In this document: positions 34,839-49,235 of the stretch, in pieces
Layout of the letters: every line of letters starts with the position of its first letter
How positions within the stretch are numbered: the first letter of the stretch is position 1
Assembly (NCBI GenBank): GCA_030704615.1
Contig: CM060731.1
Span: 56,854,001 to 56,918,000 of the forward strand
DNA length: 64,000 bases
Source: Takakia lepidozioides
Lineage: Eukaryota; Plantae; Bryophyta
Direction: 5' to 3'
Translations under genes and position numbers: made by a program
Notes under the pieces: generated by a model
Seen by the model: only the letters and a program-made list of their open reading frames with translations
Databases searched by the model: none
What the model was told of the DNA's origin: nothing

Positions 34839-37501
34839 CTACTGTTGGGCACATTGCACTCGAGGTCCAGCAGCCTCATCCTCTTCTTCATAAGCTTCCT
34901 GCTGCTGTTGCTGTTTCCTTCTCATCTCATCCTCAATATTCACATCATGGAGAGTGGTCTCCTCACATTCATCTATCTCCATGTCTGTCAGCTGGCTGGT
35001 TGGTCGGGGAGGTAATAAAGTTTCCAAAGCTTTGCACTGCTCAGGAGTTAGAGTGCCAGACTCCGGGAAATCAACACTGAAGTGCAGGTACAGCCTGCCC
35101 TTCATGAAAGGTCTCTGGTAGTGGGGCATCCCCTCATCATTGATAGCCTTGAATTGACCTGCATCCAAAGAAAATTCAAGTTACTCAGGTCCAATCACAA
35201 GTCAGATTTAAGTGTTCAGATCACATGAGAGCAAGTGATTCTCGCACCCAACTAAGACAATTTCAAGGCAAGAGCCAGACAGCATCGAAACCAAACTAAT
35301 GGTCAAAGCACCTGCTTTGCAACATCAACTGAAAGTGAGACAACATTAACCACACCAGGAAAGAGATTCACAAGAAATGTACTTAAACAACCAAAAACTT
35401 TCAGAACAAATCCGGGAGGTAAAGAAGTACCTGGCTTGACAATTTCCCCAGGACTAGACTTGATCAGGAGTTGTCTTCCATCAAGGTGTGTCAATGGGAA
35501 TTGAAAGCCACACAAAGCCTCTGTAAGGGTCAGGGAGTGCTCCACAAACAAATCATCCCCTTTCCTCTTGAACTTGGGGTGCTCCTTCAATTGTAAGACA
35601 AACACAATATCGCCAGTTTGTGTGTCCGGCTGCAGGTACACAACACCCAGCCCATAGATGCAGTCAATAAAGTGTCAATTTCGAAGAAACTACAACTACC
35701 ATCCTCATACAATACATGCAGCCTGGGAGTGGCAGGGGAAGGATCATGAGGTTCTGTTTACAAGCTACCCACTACAGTGAAGAAAAGTTAAATAGCATAG
35801 ATAGCATGGAGCTGAAGGGAGCATCATATTACAAGAACACTGTTAGGTCATTTCTAGTACACAGAGTAGACCATTAAAAGGTCTAGCAAAGGAAATGGGA
35901 TGGGATCAAGCACCATACCGCCTCATCTGCTTCTCCCTGGAATGTAATCTTCTGCCCATGCTGCATCCCCTTCTCTACATGAACTTCGAGCAACTTCTTA
36001 TCTTGAACAACCTTTTGCCCTTTGCACTGTCCACACTTGTCCTTCTCATTGATGGTCTCCCCTGCCAAAACGACAAGATAGGTCCACAAAATTCAACCAC
36101 TGCCACACATGAATGATAGAGGTAACGTTAACTTAAAGCTGCGCGATACAGAAAGAAACCAGCAAAAAAAGAAGACCAACCTGATCCCCGACAGTCAGGG
36201 CAGACGTGCTGCATCTGCTGTATCATATTTGGACCCAGCTGCCGAATGGAAACCTTCATCCCCGACCCTTGACACCCGGCACAACGGCTTGACGCACCAG
36301 TCTTCGATCCCTTCCTGCAGGGCATGGACGGTTAATCCACAACCACACATCTGAAAACGCGTTCAAGCAAGAGAAAGGGGGACGGTCACCACAGGTGAAC
36401 GCACCACCTAGGTTGAAGAGGAGAAAACACGAACAATAGTAACAAATACCGCCTCGCTTGTGTACAATCTCCACAATGACTGATTTCCGATCAAATAGAG
36501 GAAATTCTTACCCCTTGCACTTGGGACATAACACGTTCCTTGACAAGGATAACTTCTTTGAAGTACCGTTGTACAAGTCTTCCAGAGAGACCTTAAGAGG
36601 ATGCACGACATCTTCTCCCCTCCTCTGCCTTCCTCGACCTCCTCGGCCGCTACCGCCTGCAAAGGGGGAATCTGCCACATCAGGACACGTGCAGTTTCAC
36701 CTTAATTTCACCCGTTCAGTAATTCTACATAATCTTTGTCGAGCAATACCCACGCTGATGAGATCTACCTTTCCACACAAAACGCTCTCCCAATCCGTGC
36801 GGACCAAGATCATCCACCTAGATGAAGAGAAGCGGCCCATTACCTCCGAAAGGATGACCGCCACCGCTGCCGAAGAAAGACTCAAAAATGTCAAAAGGGT
36901 TGTGTGAAGCACCACCCCCACCCATTCCTTCCTTTAGAGCATCTTCTCCATACTGATCATAGATTTCCCGCTTCTCGGCATCACTCAAAACTTCGTAAGC
37001 CTGGGCCAGCTCCTTAAACTGCAAACGTACACTCCATGGGTTAGCCAATGCTACCATCCAAACCCTTCCTACATCGTGCGCTTCACATGTCTTAAGATGC
37101 CAGAATGGAGTCTGATTTAACTCCCGGAAAGTGGACAACCGCACTACGTTGCTTTCCGATCTGCTGCCGGGATAGGATACCCGGTAAGACCAGCAGGGAA
37201 AGGGAGTCTCCACTTGCAGTTCTCTCCGAAAAACGATTTTCTGCTTCCATGGATCCCTCAACATATCAACCGGATACAACCTCATCTTAAGTTCACCATA
37301 ATCACCCTACCGACAAGTGCAGCAAGTTAGGGGAGGGAGATGGCGCACAACCTTCTCGGGATCCCCTCCCTTGTCAGGATGATTCTTAATCGCTGCCTTC
37401 CTGTAGGCCTTCTTCAGCTCATCTGCCGTAGCGTTCTTCGTAACTCCTAAAACATCATAATACCGAGTGTTGTCACTCTTCTTTGGCATACGCCCGAACA
37501 T
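34839..37501 (-). CDS. DNAJA: Type I DnaJ/Hsp40 (DNAJA, plant J2/J3-like), 7 exons, 421 aa
   Basis: Exons 37501-37352, 37018-36844, 36656-36512, 36314-36181, 36061-35919, 35629-35431 and 35158-34839 have GT-AG borders and sum to 1266 nt; HPD motif, G/F region, four CxxCxG motifs, C-terminal CAQQ. Confidence 0.97.
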
Positions 37502-37710
37502 GGTTGCAAGCGGCTTATCCGGTAGCCTTCACCTCTCCTACGCAACCAACCCTGCCCTGCCTTCGCTCCTTCCACACCGCGCAGATCACTCCAGTCTGTG
37601 CAGCAGAAGCGCGATCGATCTGCTTGAAAATCCTTCCACTGTCTGTGCTACACTTACAATACAGAGATGCTTCACGCGCCCGCCCTCGCCAGCGATCCAA
37701 GAGATTCTGC

Positions 37711-37725
37711 GGAAGCTTCTCGAAC
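37711..37725. promoter_or_regulatory. Heat-shock element upstream of the DnaJ gene
   Basis: gGAAgcTTCtcGAAc is a perfect nGAAnnTTCnnGAAn, ~210 bp 5' of the ATG. Confidence 0.75.
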
Positions 37726-38242
37726 CGAGCTCCAACTTCTAGAGCCCTCTCGGCCATGGCTCTGCATCGGACGGCTGCGGGGCCATGCCCCCATGCCATG
37801 CCCATCCATGGGTCCCATGGGGTAGTTACGCCTTCCAGGGGCTTCTACGGCCACGCGGGGTGCTTTTCGACCGTCGATGAATATGATCTCACGGCTGAGA
37901 TGTTCTGAGCCGCCCTCCCCCCCGCCCTTTAGGGTTCCCCCCACCTTTTTTCTTCCTTATTTTATTTTTCTTCATTTTTACAGATTTCTAATTTATTTTG
38001 TTTTCTATTTTTCTTGGGCTGGGAATCTTGACCACACATCGCCCTCGAATAAGTCTTTTGTTCGTTTCTGGTTACTCAGAAATAATAATAAGAAAGAGTA
38101 AAAATGACCACGGCATCACTGCATCAGTGTAAGCTCGGTTGGATTTGTCACCCAGGTGGTTCTGGGCTCAAATCCGGCTATCTTGTCGGGTGTGGTATAA
38201 TCTATAATCTTCTACCCCTCTTTCCCTTCCCGCGTGGCGCCT

Positions 38243-38640
38243 CGGTCACTCTGAAAGAGGTTATTTTCTCCTCTCGCTGTAACTAAAGGGTCTGATTCGT
38301 GAGGTCACAGTGAAAGGGGTTATTTTCTTCCCTCACTATAATTATAGGTCCTGAAATGTGAGGTCATAGTGAAAGGGGTTATTTTCTCCTCCCACTAGGT
38401 ATAGGGTAAGGCCCGAGGACGGGGGCCTTACCCGGCGTAAAGACAGAGCCAAGGATTTCCTTTACCATCGACGGCTGGGATAATTTAAATCGGACGGCTC
38501 ACAAGAGCAGGAACCTTACGCGGTGTAAGGTGCCATGCGCACTTGACGTGAAAATTCCTCCGTTGCAAGGCGCCACCCTCTCTAACTAAAAAATCCTGGC
38601 CGGGTCTTTACGTATAATAAAAGGGCCTGAAATGTATTAT
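38243..38640. repeat. Three ~58-bp tandem units, the third interrupted by a ~215-bp MITE-like insert
   Basis: GGTCAnnnTGAAAGnGGTTATTTTCT x3; the unit resumes at ~38615 after an insert bounded by imperfect inverted ends (TATAGGGTAAGGCCCG / CGGGTCTTTACGTATA). Confidence 0.5.
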
Positions 38641-40269
38641 TAAAACGTATTAAAACGAAATTTAAATGTATAACTAAAGCGAAAAACAATGATAAACACT
38701 TTGCTAGGAGTCTGAAATTGCTATAATTTGTAAAACATGATTTGACCTCCTAATGTAGGAAAGTGAGTTTCAAGTTTGAACAGTTTGGAGTTTTGCCCCG
38801 TCAACGCCCACTGTGACTCGGGTTTCCTTGGGAAAAGAAATTCTATATTGGGTAGAGGGGAAGGTTTTTTCCCGAAGTTTTAGGGTCCAGAAGGGTCCAG
38901 GGAAAATACCTTCCCCCGCGTAAAGCAGCGAGGAAAAGTCTGACCTAAAACTCACGGGGCGCCTCTGACGCCATCCACTTTTTACTACGTGTGAGTGCAG
39001 GAGAGTAAGAGAGGTGAATGTAAATCCGCGGATGCTTTGGAAGGGGATCGATCCAGTTTTTTAAGCGGAAGCGACAAGCGCTCTGATTTTCCGTGACGAG
39101 TTTGTTTACGAGACGAGCTGCGCAAATCAGCAACTCTCAAATAACAATGGAAACTTTTTTCTCCGTGCTTTGTAAAGAGAAAATTATTCCTACCTTGTAA
39201 GGCATAATTCGTTATTCGTTATTCGTTATTCCTTCCTTATGGCCTTTTTCTTAGAATACAATACATTTGGGGCACTGCCCGTTCATTCCAGAAGAGAAAA
39301 GAAAATCATAAAATATGAATTACATAAATCCAATGGTATTAGGATGCTCCCCCCAGATCGTCGTGTATTTGCCTCCATAGCTATTTGAGGGTTTAAAATT
39401 TTCCTCCTTTACAAAATGTTACTCTTTTTTCTTTTCCTTTTTTTGGTTGAAAGGGTCGAGAAGGCCATAGGTTTTTTTTTTTTTTTCCCCGTTTCTCATA
39501 GTTTCAAGAAAAGAAAAACCCCAGAATACAATACATGGTAACGTGAATTGAACCCAGACTCAACTGAGTGGGCACACAGTGTACCATACAACTGAGATTC
39601 CGACTTGGTGGTGTGTTTTAATTCTCTGAGAAGGATGAGCAGATCTATGTTTATTTATTTATAATATTAGATTATAATGCTATGTGCTTATATTTAATAA
39701 GGACCGTCAGATTTCGGAAGAGCTCGAGTCAGATCAGTTGTGCAGTGACAGATTTGAGCTCTCAACGTTAGCCGGGTGTTGGCCCGATTCAAGTAGTACA
39801 TGAAATGCCACTAGGAAAACTGAAACATCTCATTCTTAGCCCACCAAAAAATCGATGACCTCAAATAGAGCAGGCAAGGAATTGAGTCTTACAATTTCTC
39901 AGTTTCAAGCCAGACACAGCAAAGATAAGCAAAAGTGGGGAGTTTGAAAGTAAGTGGAAGTAGGATGTGTTTGGAGACAGATTCCACAGAGGCATCGCAG
40001 TCACAAGATTTTCAACACAATACTATCTCAACAACATGCTAGCAACACTAGCACCTGGCAGTTCCACCAATGTCTAGTTGGGATTACAAATTTTGCTTGG
40101 CTTCCTTGTGAGATCAGCTCAGGTGAAAGTACTTGCAATATATGCTAATCTAGCTCATACGCCCGGAATCCATTGATCACATGTGAAATGATGCTGTCGA
40201 TACATGACAGTCAAGTGAAATGTGTAACGTCAGACACATAAAGCTGATATGAGTGTTGTGCTGAACAGT

Positions 40270-43200
40270 TCACATTCGGTTTAACTCATTTAAAATTGCA
40301 TATGAAGCCTACGCATCCATGCAAGCATACTGCACTTGGGATTTATCCAGCAGCGGCTTAGCCCAATCACTCAGTGTGACTCGCATGGGCTTCGACATGT
40401 CAATGTTGAGGAGAAGTTTGGCAATTTCCTTGAGACCAGATTTCAACTGGCCGACTTTCAGCTTCAATTTTTTGGAAGCCAATGTACTGAGCTCAACTGG
40501 AAGGTTGTGATCTCGCAACAACTTCCTAACATCCTCATGTATGCCGGCCCCTCCTGTTAGGTACCAGGAACGAAGATCGACCTGTCAACCAGTTTGGAAT
40601 AACAAGAGATTGCTAGAATATCGCCGAACTGACAGTTGCAGGTAAAATGGCTCGCGCGCATGAAGAGATCCAGGACTAGGGATTTTTGAGGGGGCTTGGA
40701 GATGGCAAGAGGGTTGAAGAAAGGATGATGGCGTACAGGTGTCTAGAGCAGAACTGCATGTGCGTACGACGACGTGGTGGCTAGGTGGACCGGATGCTGT
40801 AGCCGGTGCTATGCTTTTAGAGCGTAGGTTGATGTTGGAATAGTTGTCACTGGCCTTTGGTGCCTTGCAGCGGCAGGGACTGTGATTTCTCCTTTGTATA
40901 GAGAAAAAGTGTAAATCCTATGACTTAGGCTTCATCAGGTGTTGATTTGAAGAGTGACAATGCAGATCTGATTCTAGTTACTGTTTGGGACAAGAAAGAT
41001 CTACTTAAGGCTTGTGAATACACTTCCGTGAAGAACAGGGGTGAACGATCGTTGGACTGGTGTGGTCTCTATTACGGTCTGAGTTAATGAACGGTGACTG
41101 GAATAAAAGAAGATGGTCACATGAGTCCATATTGACGTTGATTCAAGCAAGCAGATTTCTTGGGATCCTGATAGATTCCCTATGAACGGCAAGATAAGAA
41201 AATGACCTGAATTTGTTCTGTAGTTGGACTGAGGAAAGAGAGTCAGATCCTTTTCAAGTGGTATCAGAGCCGTTTTGCGATCGGGGAGAACAGATTGTGA
41301 ATTTCGGAATTTCCAGAAGTAGGGTAATCGTGTGAATGAGCCAGATCTCGTTCGGCTCTGTGAGCACACCCCCCGGTGACAACGATCAGGATAGTGAAAT
41401 GGCGGGAGACCGTGAGCGCTCAGATGCGGCCAGTCTGCACCGAGCTTCAGATTGCGAACATGGAAGTCAGTTGTTTTCCCAGCAACAGATGGAGGCCTTA
41501 AGTACTTTGATTCGATCTGAGATACAGAAATTGGCCCCTGCACAAACTCAAACTGAAAAGTGATCTAGGGAGCTGCCTATGAGTGAGCCACTGAATGAGG
41601 ACGAATCTAAGGCCGACTCCCATGAGGCCAAGATGAAAAGAAGCAAGGACGTCACCAGGGAAATCAGAAGATTGGTGAAATTGCCAGAATTTTATGGTAA
41701 GCCATCTGTCAAGCCCGAGGAAATATTGTCTTTCCTGGATACATTAGAAGAGTTCTTTGAGGATGATTATTCAGAGGAAGCCAAGATACAAACAGCTGCT
41801 CTACAGCTCCGTGATGCCGCCAAGCTATGGTGGTCGCGCCAAAAGCAGGAACGCCGTGAACACAAGAAACCACCTGTGGATAGTTGGGCTATGTTTAAGA
41901 CACTGTTCTTAGCCCACTACCTACCTGGCGACTATGCACACAAGATGAAAGTTGAATTGTTCAGGCTGAAATATGAGACTATGAGCGTGGGAGAGTTTAA
42001 GCCGAGATTTGAAACCCATGCCAGTAATTTCCCCTCGTTGAGTGAAGAGGACAGAGTTGATTTTTTTGGTTGATGGCCTCAGTGATTCTCTCAAATTTAA
42101 GGTCAAAGCCCACAACCCTCGTACCGAGGCAGAAGCATATCGTTTGGCCTGTAATTTTGAGAATGAAGTGAGGGCACAACGTTCTTCGAATTTTGCTCGT
42201 GGCACGGCAGAGTTCAAGCCTAGATCATCTGGTCCTTGGCAGTCACCAGCGAAGAGAGGGAGTTGGAAGAGATTTAAACCGTTTAAGAAGGTGGGGGATC
42301 AAACTATACGGAGACCGCCAATGAGGGCTCCTCCAAGGCTCAGTTTCAAAGAGCAGGAAGAACACAGACGTAAGGGTTTGTGTTTCTTGTGCCATGAACC
42401 CGGGACACAGAGCTGCTGAGTGTATGAAGTACCCGAATTATCGTCAGGCTCGACAGACAGTCACCTTGACAGTTGAAGAACCTGCAGAACCTTGTGCGGC
42501 TGTTGAAACTGGGGAGAAGTCAAGACAAGAAAAAAGGAAAGGTCCTAATGTGTGGGTTTCTGCAGCTATCATTGGAGACCAAATAGAGCATGATCCCAGT
42601 GTGATACGGGTTCAGGGGAGAGTGGCTGGAATTCCCACTCAAGTGCTGATTGATACAGGCAGCACTCATAACCTATTGACAAAGGATTTTGCTGACAAGT
42701 TGGGACTAGTTCAAGAAGACATGCAATCCTGTCAAATCCTGTTACCAGATGGTGGCGTGGATTCTACGCACAAACACATCCCAAAGGCACCGATGGTCAT
42801 GCAAGGAGTACAAACTATGGCTGACTTCGAGGTCTGGGAGGGAGCTCGGTACGACTGCATCCTTGGCATGCGGTGGCTGGATCCAGTTGATGCTGTGGTG
42901 GCTTGCAAATCCGGACTGGTTAGTGGTACATTGCCCAACGGGAAGGGATTCAATATCAAAGGTACTAGAGCTCTTCTCATTGTACCTGTCTTGTCAGCTA
43001 TTCAGATGAAGAGATGTATGCAGAGGGGAAATGCTCAGCTTTTTACTATTAGCTTGCATGAGGTCTTGGAAACAAATCAAGGAGAAGGGAAGTCACATCC
43101 CAGACTTGGCCTAATCCTGAATGAATATAAAGATATGTTTCCTGATGAGATCCCTGGGATGCCCCCTGAACGGGAGGTTGATCATGCTATCGAGTTGATG

Positions 43201-46200
43201 TCAGATGTTGTACCGGTTGCAAGGCACCGTACAGGCATTCAATTGTAGAAAGTGAAGAGTTAGAAAGGCAGTTGAATGACCGGTTGGAAAAGGGGTATAT
43301 ACGTCCAAGTAAATCCCCTTGGGGTGCCCCTGTAATGTTTAAGAAGAAGAAAGACGGGACTTTGAGACTGTGTGTGGACTATAGATGGTTGAATAAGGTC
43401 ACCATCAAGAATAAGTTTCCTTTGCCTCGTGTGGACGATTTGTTTGACTATCTATATGGGAGTCAGGTTTTTTCAAAACTTGATCTTCGGTCTGGATATC
43501 ATCAGATACGGATCAAGAATTCTGACATACCAAAGACAGGATTTCGATCTCGTTTTGGTCATTACGAATTCTTGGTGATGCCATTTGGGCTCACGAATGC
43601 TCCAGCAACATTTACTCATCTGATGAATTCTTTGTTCCAGAAATATTTGGGGAAGATGGTCCTAGTCTACATGGATGATATACTAATATACTCGAAGTCT
43701 GAAGAAGAACATGAATAGCATTTACGCTTGGTCTTAGACATACTGAGAGAGAACCACTTGTTTGCTAAGAAAAGCAAATGTGAGTTCTTTGTAGACCACA
43801 TGGATTACTTGGGATTTTGCATCTCCAAAGATGGAATCTCAATTGATCCTAAGAAAGTCCAGACCGTGGTTGAATGGCCTAAACCAAGTGATAAGACTGA
43901 GGTCAAGAGCTTTATTGGGTTTGCTAGTTTGTCAAATCTTTTTCACAGATTGCAGCCCCATTGACTGACCTGCTTAAGGACTCGAGTCCTGTAAGCTTGA
44001 GGGACGTCTGGACAAGAGAATGTGATAACAGTTTCGAGAAATTGAAGTTTGCCTTGACACATGCTCCTGTACTAAGATTGCTCGACCCTACAAAGGGAGC
44101 AATCGTACTGTGTACCGATGCAAGTGATCTTGCTATTGGGGCTGTGCTGATGCAAGATGGGCAAGTGATTGCCTACGAATCTCGAAAGATCAGTCCAGCA
44201 GAAAAGAATTACCCAACTCATGAAAAAGAACTGTTGGCAATAGTTCAAGCTCTGAAGATATGGAGGCATTACCTGCTTCCAATTGATTTTGTGATAGAGA
44301 CTGACCATCAGAGTTTGAAATACTTGACCACACAACCTCATTTGAGTCAGAGGCAAATTAGGTGGTTAGAACTGCTTCAGCAATTCCATTATGACCTAAA
44401 GTATGTCAAGGGGAGAGAGAATGTGATTGCTGATGCACTTTCTAAGAGACCATTACAAGCTAATGTTGTCTCATGCGTCAGTAGCACTATAATTCAAGAC
44501 ATTAAAGGTCAGTATGAGGTCGATGAATTCTTCAAAGAACCATTCAAGAGTTTGTCTCGTGACCAAAGAACTTCTATTGAGAAAGAGAAGTACCGGCCAT
44601 ACCTCTTGAGAGATGGGGTGTTATTTTATGATGGTCGGCTGTGTGTTCCCCTGATTCCAGACTTGAGATTGCGGATTATTCATGACAGTCACAATATTCC
44701 AATCTCTGGACACCCGGGCTTTCAGAGAACCTATTGGTCAATACGGAAGCACTATTTTTGGCCAGGTATGAAGAGATAAATTAAAGAGTATGTGTAGAAA
44801 TGTTTCCCATGTCAGGTTTCGAAGTCAGAGAGAGTCAGGCCTCCTGGATTATTACAACTTTTATCTGTTCCTGGATGGAATTGGGAATCCATTAGCATGG
44901 ATTTCATTGTGGCATTGCCCAGGACCAGAAATGGCCATGACAGTATCATGGTGGTTGTAGATAGGCTGTCTAAGATAGCCCACTTGATACCTATAAGGAT
45001 GAGTGCTACGGCATCTGATGTTGCATCTTTGTACATGAAAGAGATATTCAGGATCCATGGTCTGCCTCGAGAGATTATTTGTGATAGGGACTCAAAGTTT
45101 ACAAGTCATTTTTGGATTGACTTGTTCAAGAAATTGGGAACCAAGGTGAAACTGAGTACGGCCTTTCACCCAGAAACAGATGCTCAAACAGAAAGGACCA
45201 ACCGTACAATAGAAGATATGTTGAGGATGTACGTTGGTGAAAGACAGTCCTCTTGGGAACAATATCTGTATATGGTGGAATTTGCTTATAACAAGCATTT
45301 CCACAGTGCCATTGGCATGAGCCCATTTGAAGCTTTATATGGACGAGATTGCTTGGCTCCTGCTTCGCTTATTACACCACCATCAAATGTACAGAGTGTG
45401 AATGACAGAATCACAGAGATCCACTCTGTCCTAGATCTGGTGAAGCGTAGTATGCAGGCTGCACAAAAACGGGCCAAGTTCTTTGTTGATAAGCACAGGA
45501 CTTTTCGTGAATTTGCCATTGGTGATATGGTGTTTTTGAAAGTTACACCTAAAAGAAGCAATCTAACACTGGGCAAGTGTTATAAGTTGTCACCAAGGTT
45601 TTGTGGCTCGTTTAAAATCCTGGAACGCCATGGCAAAGTGGCCTATGAGTTGGATCTGCCTCCAACATGGAAGATCCATAAAACTTTCTATGTCAGCCTT
45701 CTCCGGAGGTATATGTCAGACCCATCACACATCTTGCCGACGTTGCCTCAAGCCATGAATGACGGTCAGCTGATGGCCGAACCCGAAAAGATTCTAGAAA
45801 CGCGAGTGAAGCACCTGCGCAACCGTTCTTGGAAAGAACATTTGATTAAGTGGTTGCATTACCCAGAGACAGAAGCTACTTGGGAGAGGGAAAATGAATT
45901 GACATTGAGTTACCCCTCATTTTCTGTCATTGAGGACAATGACTTGTCTTTGGGAGGGGGAATTTGTTAGGTGCCAGGAACGAAGATCGACCTGTCAACC
46001 AATTTGGAATAACAAGAGACTGCTAGAATATCGCCGAACTGACAGTTGCAGTTAAAATGGAGCAGGCTCGCGTGCATGAAGAGATCCAGGACTAGGGATT
46101 TTTGAGGGGGCTTGGAGATGGCAAGAGGGTTGAATAAAGGATGATGGCGTACAGGCGTCTAGAGCAGATCTGCATCGACAGGAAATCTGTGCGTAGCACG

Positions 46201-47253
46201 ACGTGGTGGCTGGGTGGACCGGATGCTGTAGCCGGTGCTATGCTTTTAGAGCGTAGGTTGATGTTGGAATAGTTGTCACTGGCCTTTGGTGCCTTGCAGC
46301 GGCAGGGACTGTGATTTCTCCTTTGTATAGAGAAAAGTGTAAATCCTATGACTTAGGCTTCATCAGGTGTTGATTTGAAGAGTGACAATGCAGATTTGAT
46401 TCTAGTTACTGTTTGGGACAAGAAAGATCTGCTTAAGGCTTGTGAATACACTTCCGTGAAGAACAGGGGTGAACGATCGTTGGACTGGTGTGGTCTCTAT
46501 TACGGTCTGAGTCAATGAACGGTGACTGGAATAAAAGAAGATGGTCACATGAGTCCATATTGACGTTGATTCAAGCAAGCAGATTTCTTGGGATCCTGAT
46601 AGATTCCCTATGAACGGCAAAATAAGAAAAGGACCTGAATTTGTTCTGTAGTTGGACTGAGGAAAGAGAGTCAGATCCTTTTCACCTCCAAATTGTCTCT
46701 TCGGATCTTTGAGGAAATCAATGAGCGCCATTGGAATCGTGTCAAGGAAGAGCAGTAGGATCAACAAGCATTCGCTCTCTCCGCATACCTGCAGACCAAT
46801 ACACAGTAAAGATGATCCTATCATAGGTGCTGATCAACTCAATCAAACAGAAAGTATGAAACAAAGAAAATCTGTACGCTAGGAAACACAGTATGCTCGA
46901 CAGTATGGGAGGAATGGAGTCACCTGCAGAAGGGAAACTTTGTTTTCAACTCTTTTCACAGTGTTGGGCCTCCATTCAACGTCCAGACCAAATATCATGT
47001 TCCCTTTCTGGACCTTGTTGTGGATCCATGCTTCTACTGCTTCCGCCACAATTTTCTTTCCACCTTGAACTATAACCTCCGTAACTACTGTCTTCTTTAA
47101 CGGTGACCCAATGGCCTCCTCGACCTCATTAGCTTCTTGCTGTAGCAGCTTTTTCCACTGAAGCTTCCGCCGTTGCCTGCTTGACAGACCGACGAACTCA
47201 AGCTCTCCATCGTCCAGGGCGTACAAGGACTCTGGGGCTTTCCGTTTAGACAT
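40270..47253 (-). pseudogene. WEX/Werner-like DEDDy 3'-5' exonuclease gene disrupted by a Gypsy insertion and a nonsense codon
   Basis: Exon 1 47253-46924 (FGLDVEW...KVSLLQ|GT); exon 2 from 46788 (VCGESECLL...QFGG) resumes after the element (AGIHEDVRKLL...QVQYACMDA*), with TAG where the paralogue has W. Confidence 0.88.
40555..46684 (+). mobile_element. Ty3/Gypsy chromovirus-type LTR retrotransposon, full-length, with frameshifts and stops
   Basis: TG...CA LTRs 40555-41256 and 45965-46684; TSD CCTCC; PBS TGGTATCAGAGCC at 41259; PPT before 45965; gag with CFLCHEPGH knuckle; protease LIDTGS; RT YMDD; RNase H TDAS; integrase; C-terminal chromodomain (EPEKIL...LIKW...EATWE). Confidence 0.97.
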
Positions 47254-48038
47254 GCTGCTGTCTGGTGGGACGCAAGAGCAGTGATACCTGAAGTCAGAGG
47301 AAGCTCACAAACTCTCTCTCTGGACAACAAACTGCACTGGCAAACGCTGCTAAGGAACCTGCACATTTTATAACCCAGGCTCGATCCACATGAATCTGTG
47401 AGAGAAACCGCTTGATCGCGGATCCGCTTGATCCGCTTGATCGATGGTACGGGGCTGCATGCGGCCGTGAGTAGAGCCGGCGGCATCAAAACAGCCGCCC
47501 CGGTTTTCAATTGCTTACAAGTACCGTCCCTCAGGTTTATCATGTACCCTCTTTTCGTTTTCATTTATCGGAACTCTGTTGTTCGATACAGGGTTCCATA
47601 TTGTCCCATCAGTAAGCTTTGCAGTCCAGTAACTTAGTTCTCTAAACTTAGATCTTGCATACCGTCTGAAAAATCCAGGAGGTTAGGGAGTTGTAGAAGA
47701 GCAGGCGAGATCACACACTGTCTCTGAAGCTTCGTGTTGCAAGAGGGACACTCCAATGTTTTCGTCTAGGCAGAGACAATGTGAAGTTGAAAAACATCAA
47801 TCACATGAATTCAAGATCTTCCTGGAGAGTCTCTATCCCATCATCATTCCCACAACATCCCTCTTCCACAACTGTTGATCTTATATATATTACAACCGCA
47901 GAATAAGGTCTCAGATCTGACAAGCCACATGTCAGTGACCAACACATCCATGCCTGTCATCATGACTTCATTCTGAGTATGAATTGTGAGCATCCGGACA
48001 CAACTTCTCTGGAGTTTCCAGCACCCACTTGACATAAA

Positions 48039-49194
48039 CTATTGGGAAAAGGGCCAGAACGAATTGAGGAACGTTGAAAGTCGGCCATATTTCACCACGT
48101 CCGACTTCAAAAACCCAATCCCAAACAACAATGCAATGTAAACTACTATGAAAGACTTGCACCAGTCTACCCTCTTGATTCTTTCAGAAATTCGAAAATT
48201 GTGCACTTCAGCTGCCTGTAAACTTCTGGGCCCTTGCGCCCCCGCGGTAACCATATTCTGTAGCTCCCCAGGCAAGCCCCCACGTTTCTGCCGTGTTCTT
48301 GAGGGCTCCCTGTACACAAAGATGAACCGAATTTTGACTAAATCACTATTCTGTACTAAGATGTAAGCATGGGGCATGCCCTTTACTGATGATGGTCTCT
48401 TCCCACGAACGCTGGAAACTGAAAAGTTTTTTTCATCCACACATTCACTTGATGAAGACAAAGATGTGAGATTTTGGTTGACAGAAGATACACCCTCCCC
48501 TTTGGCAACCTCACAAACGAGTAAATATTGTACACGTGGCCCAAAGAGAGAGTGCTCCCAACCATCTCCAGCTTTGCAGAAGCTGTGAGCTACTGCTGGA
48601 TCTGTGGAGAGATACACACCCTCCCCGAATACAGCTCCATTTCGCTGTAATTCTGTCTTGCTCATGTTCAACAGCCCTACATAAAGCATCCAAACAAATA
48701 TCACATGTGATAGCAGGGGACAGATGTACCGAGAAGAGAGAGAGAGATTGTAGACATACAGAATAAGACGTTGTTTGCTGTAGCCTTGTGGCCACTGACC
48801 CCGCACCCAGTTTGAGCGGGAGAGAGAGAGAGAGAGAAAGAGAGAGAGACAATGTAATAAATCAATGCTACACTTACTATTCCAAGTAAAAGGAAGTTGA
48901 AATTGTGGGGGCACAGGGAAAAGGGGGAATTCCTGATTTGGCGAGTCCGGAGTCGTTCCTCAAGGCAAGCAAACATATCCCGAAATAAAAAATCCAAGAC
49001 ATTGTTTGCCGTAGCCTTGTGGCCATTGACCCCGCGCCCAGTTTGAGCGGAACACAAGGGGACAGAACCTCTGTCAGGGGCTGATGTTGGTAGTAAGACT
49101 TACCTTGGTATAAAGCATTGATCCGGGTTTTCCAGATATCCTCTAGAAATCCCTTCACACAAGCATCAATCTGCTGTGTGTGGTTTGCCCAGTA

Positions 49195-49235
<41 letters not shown>

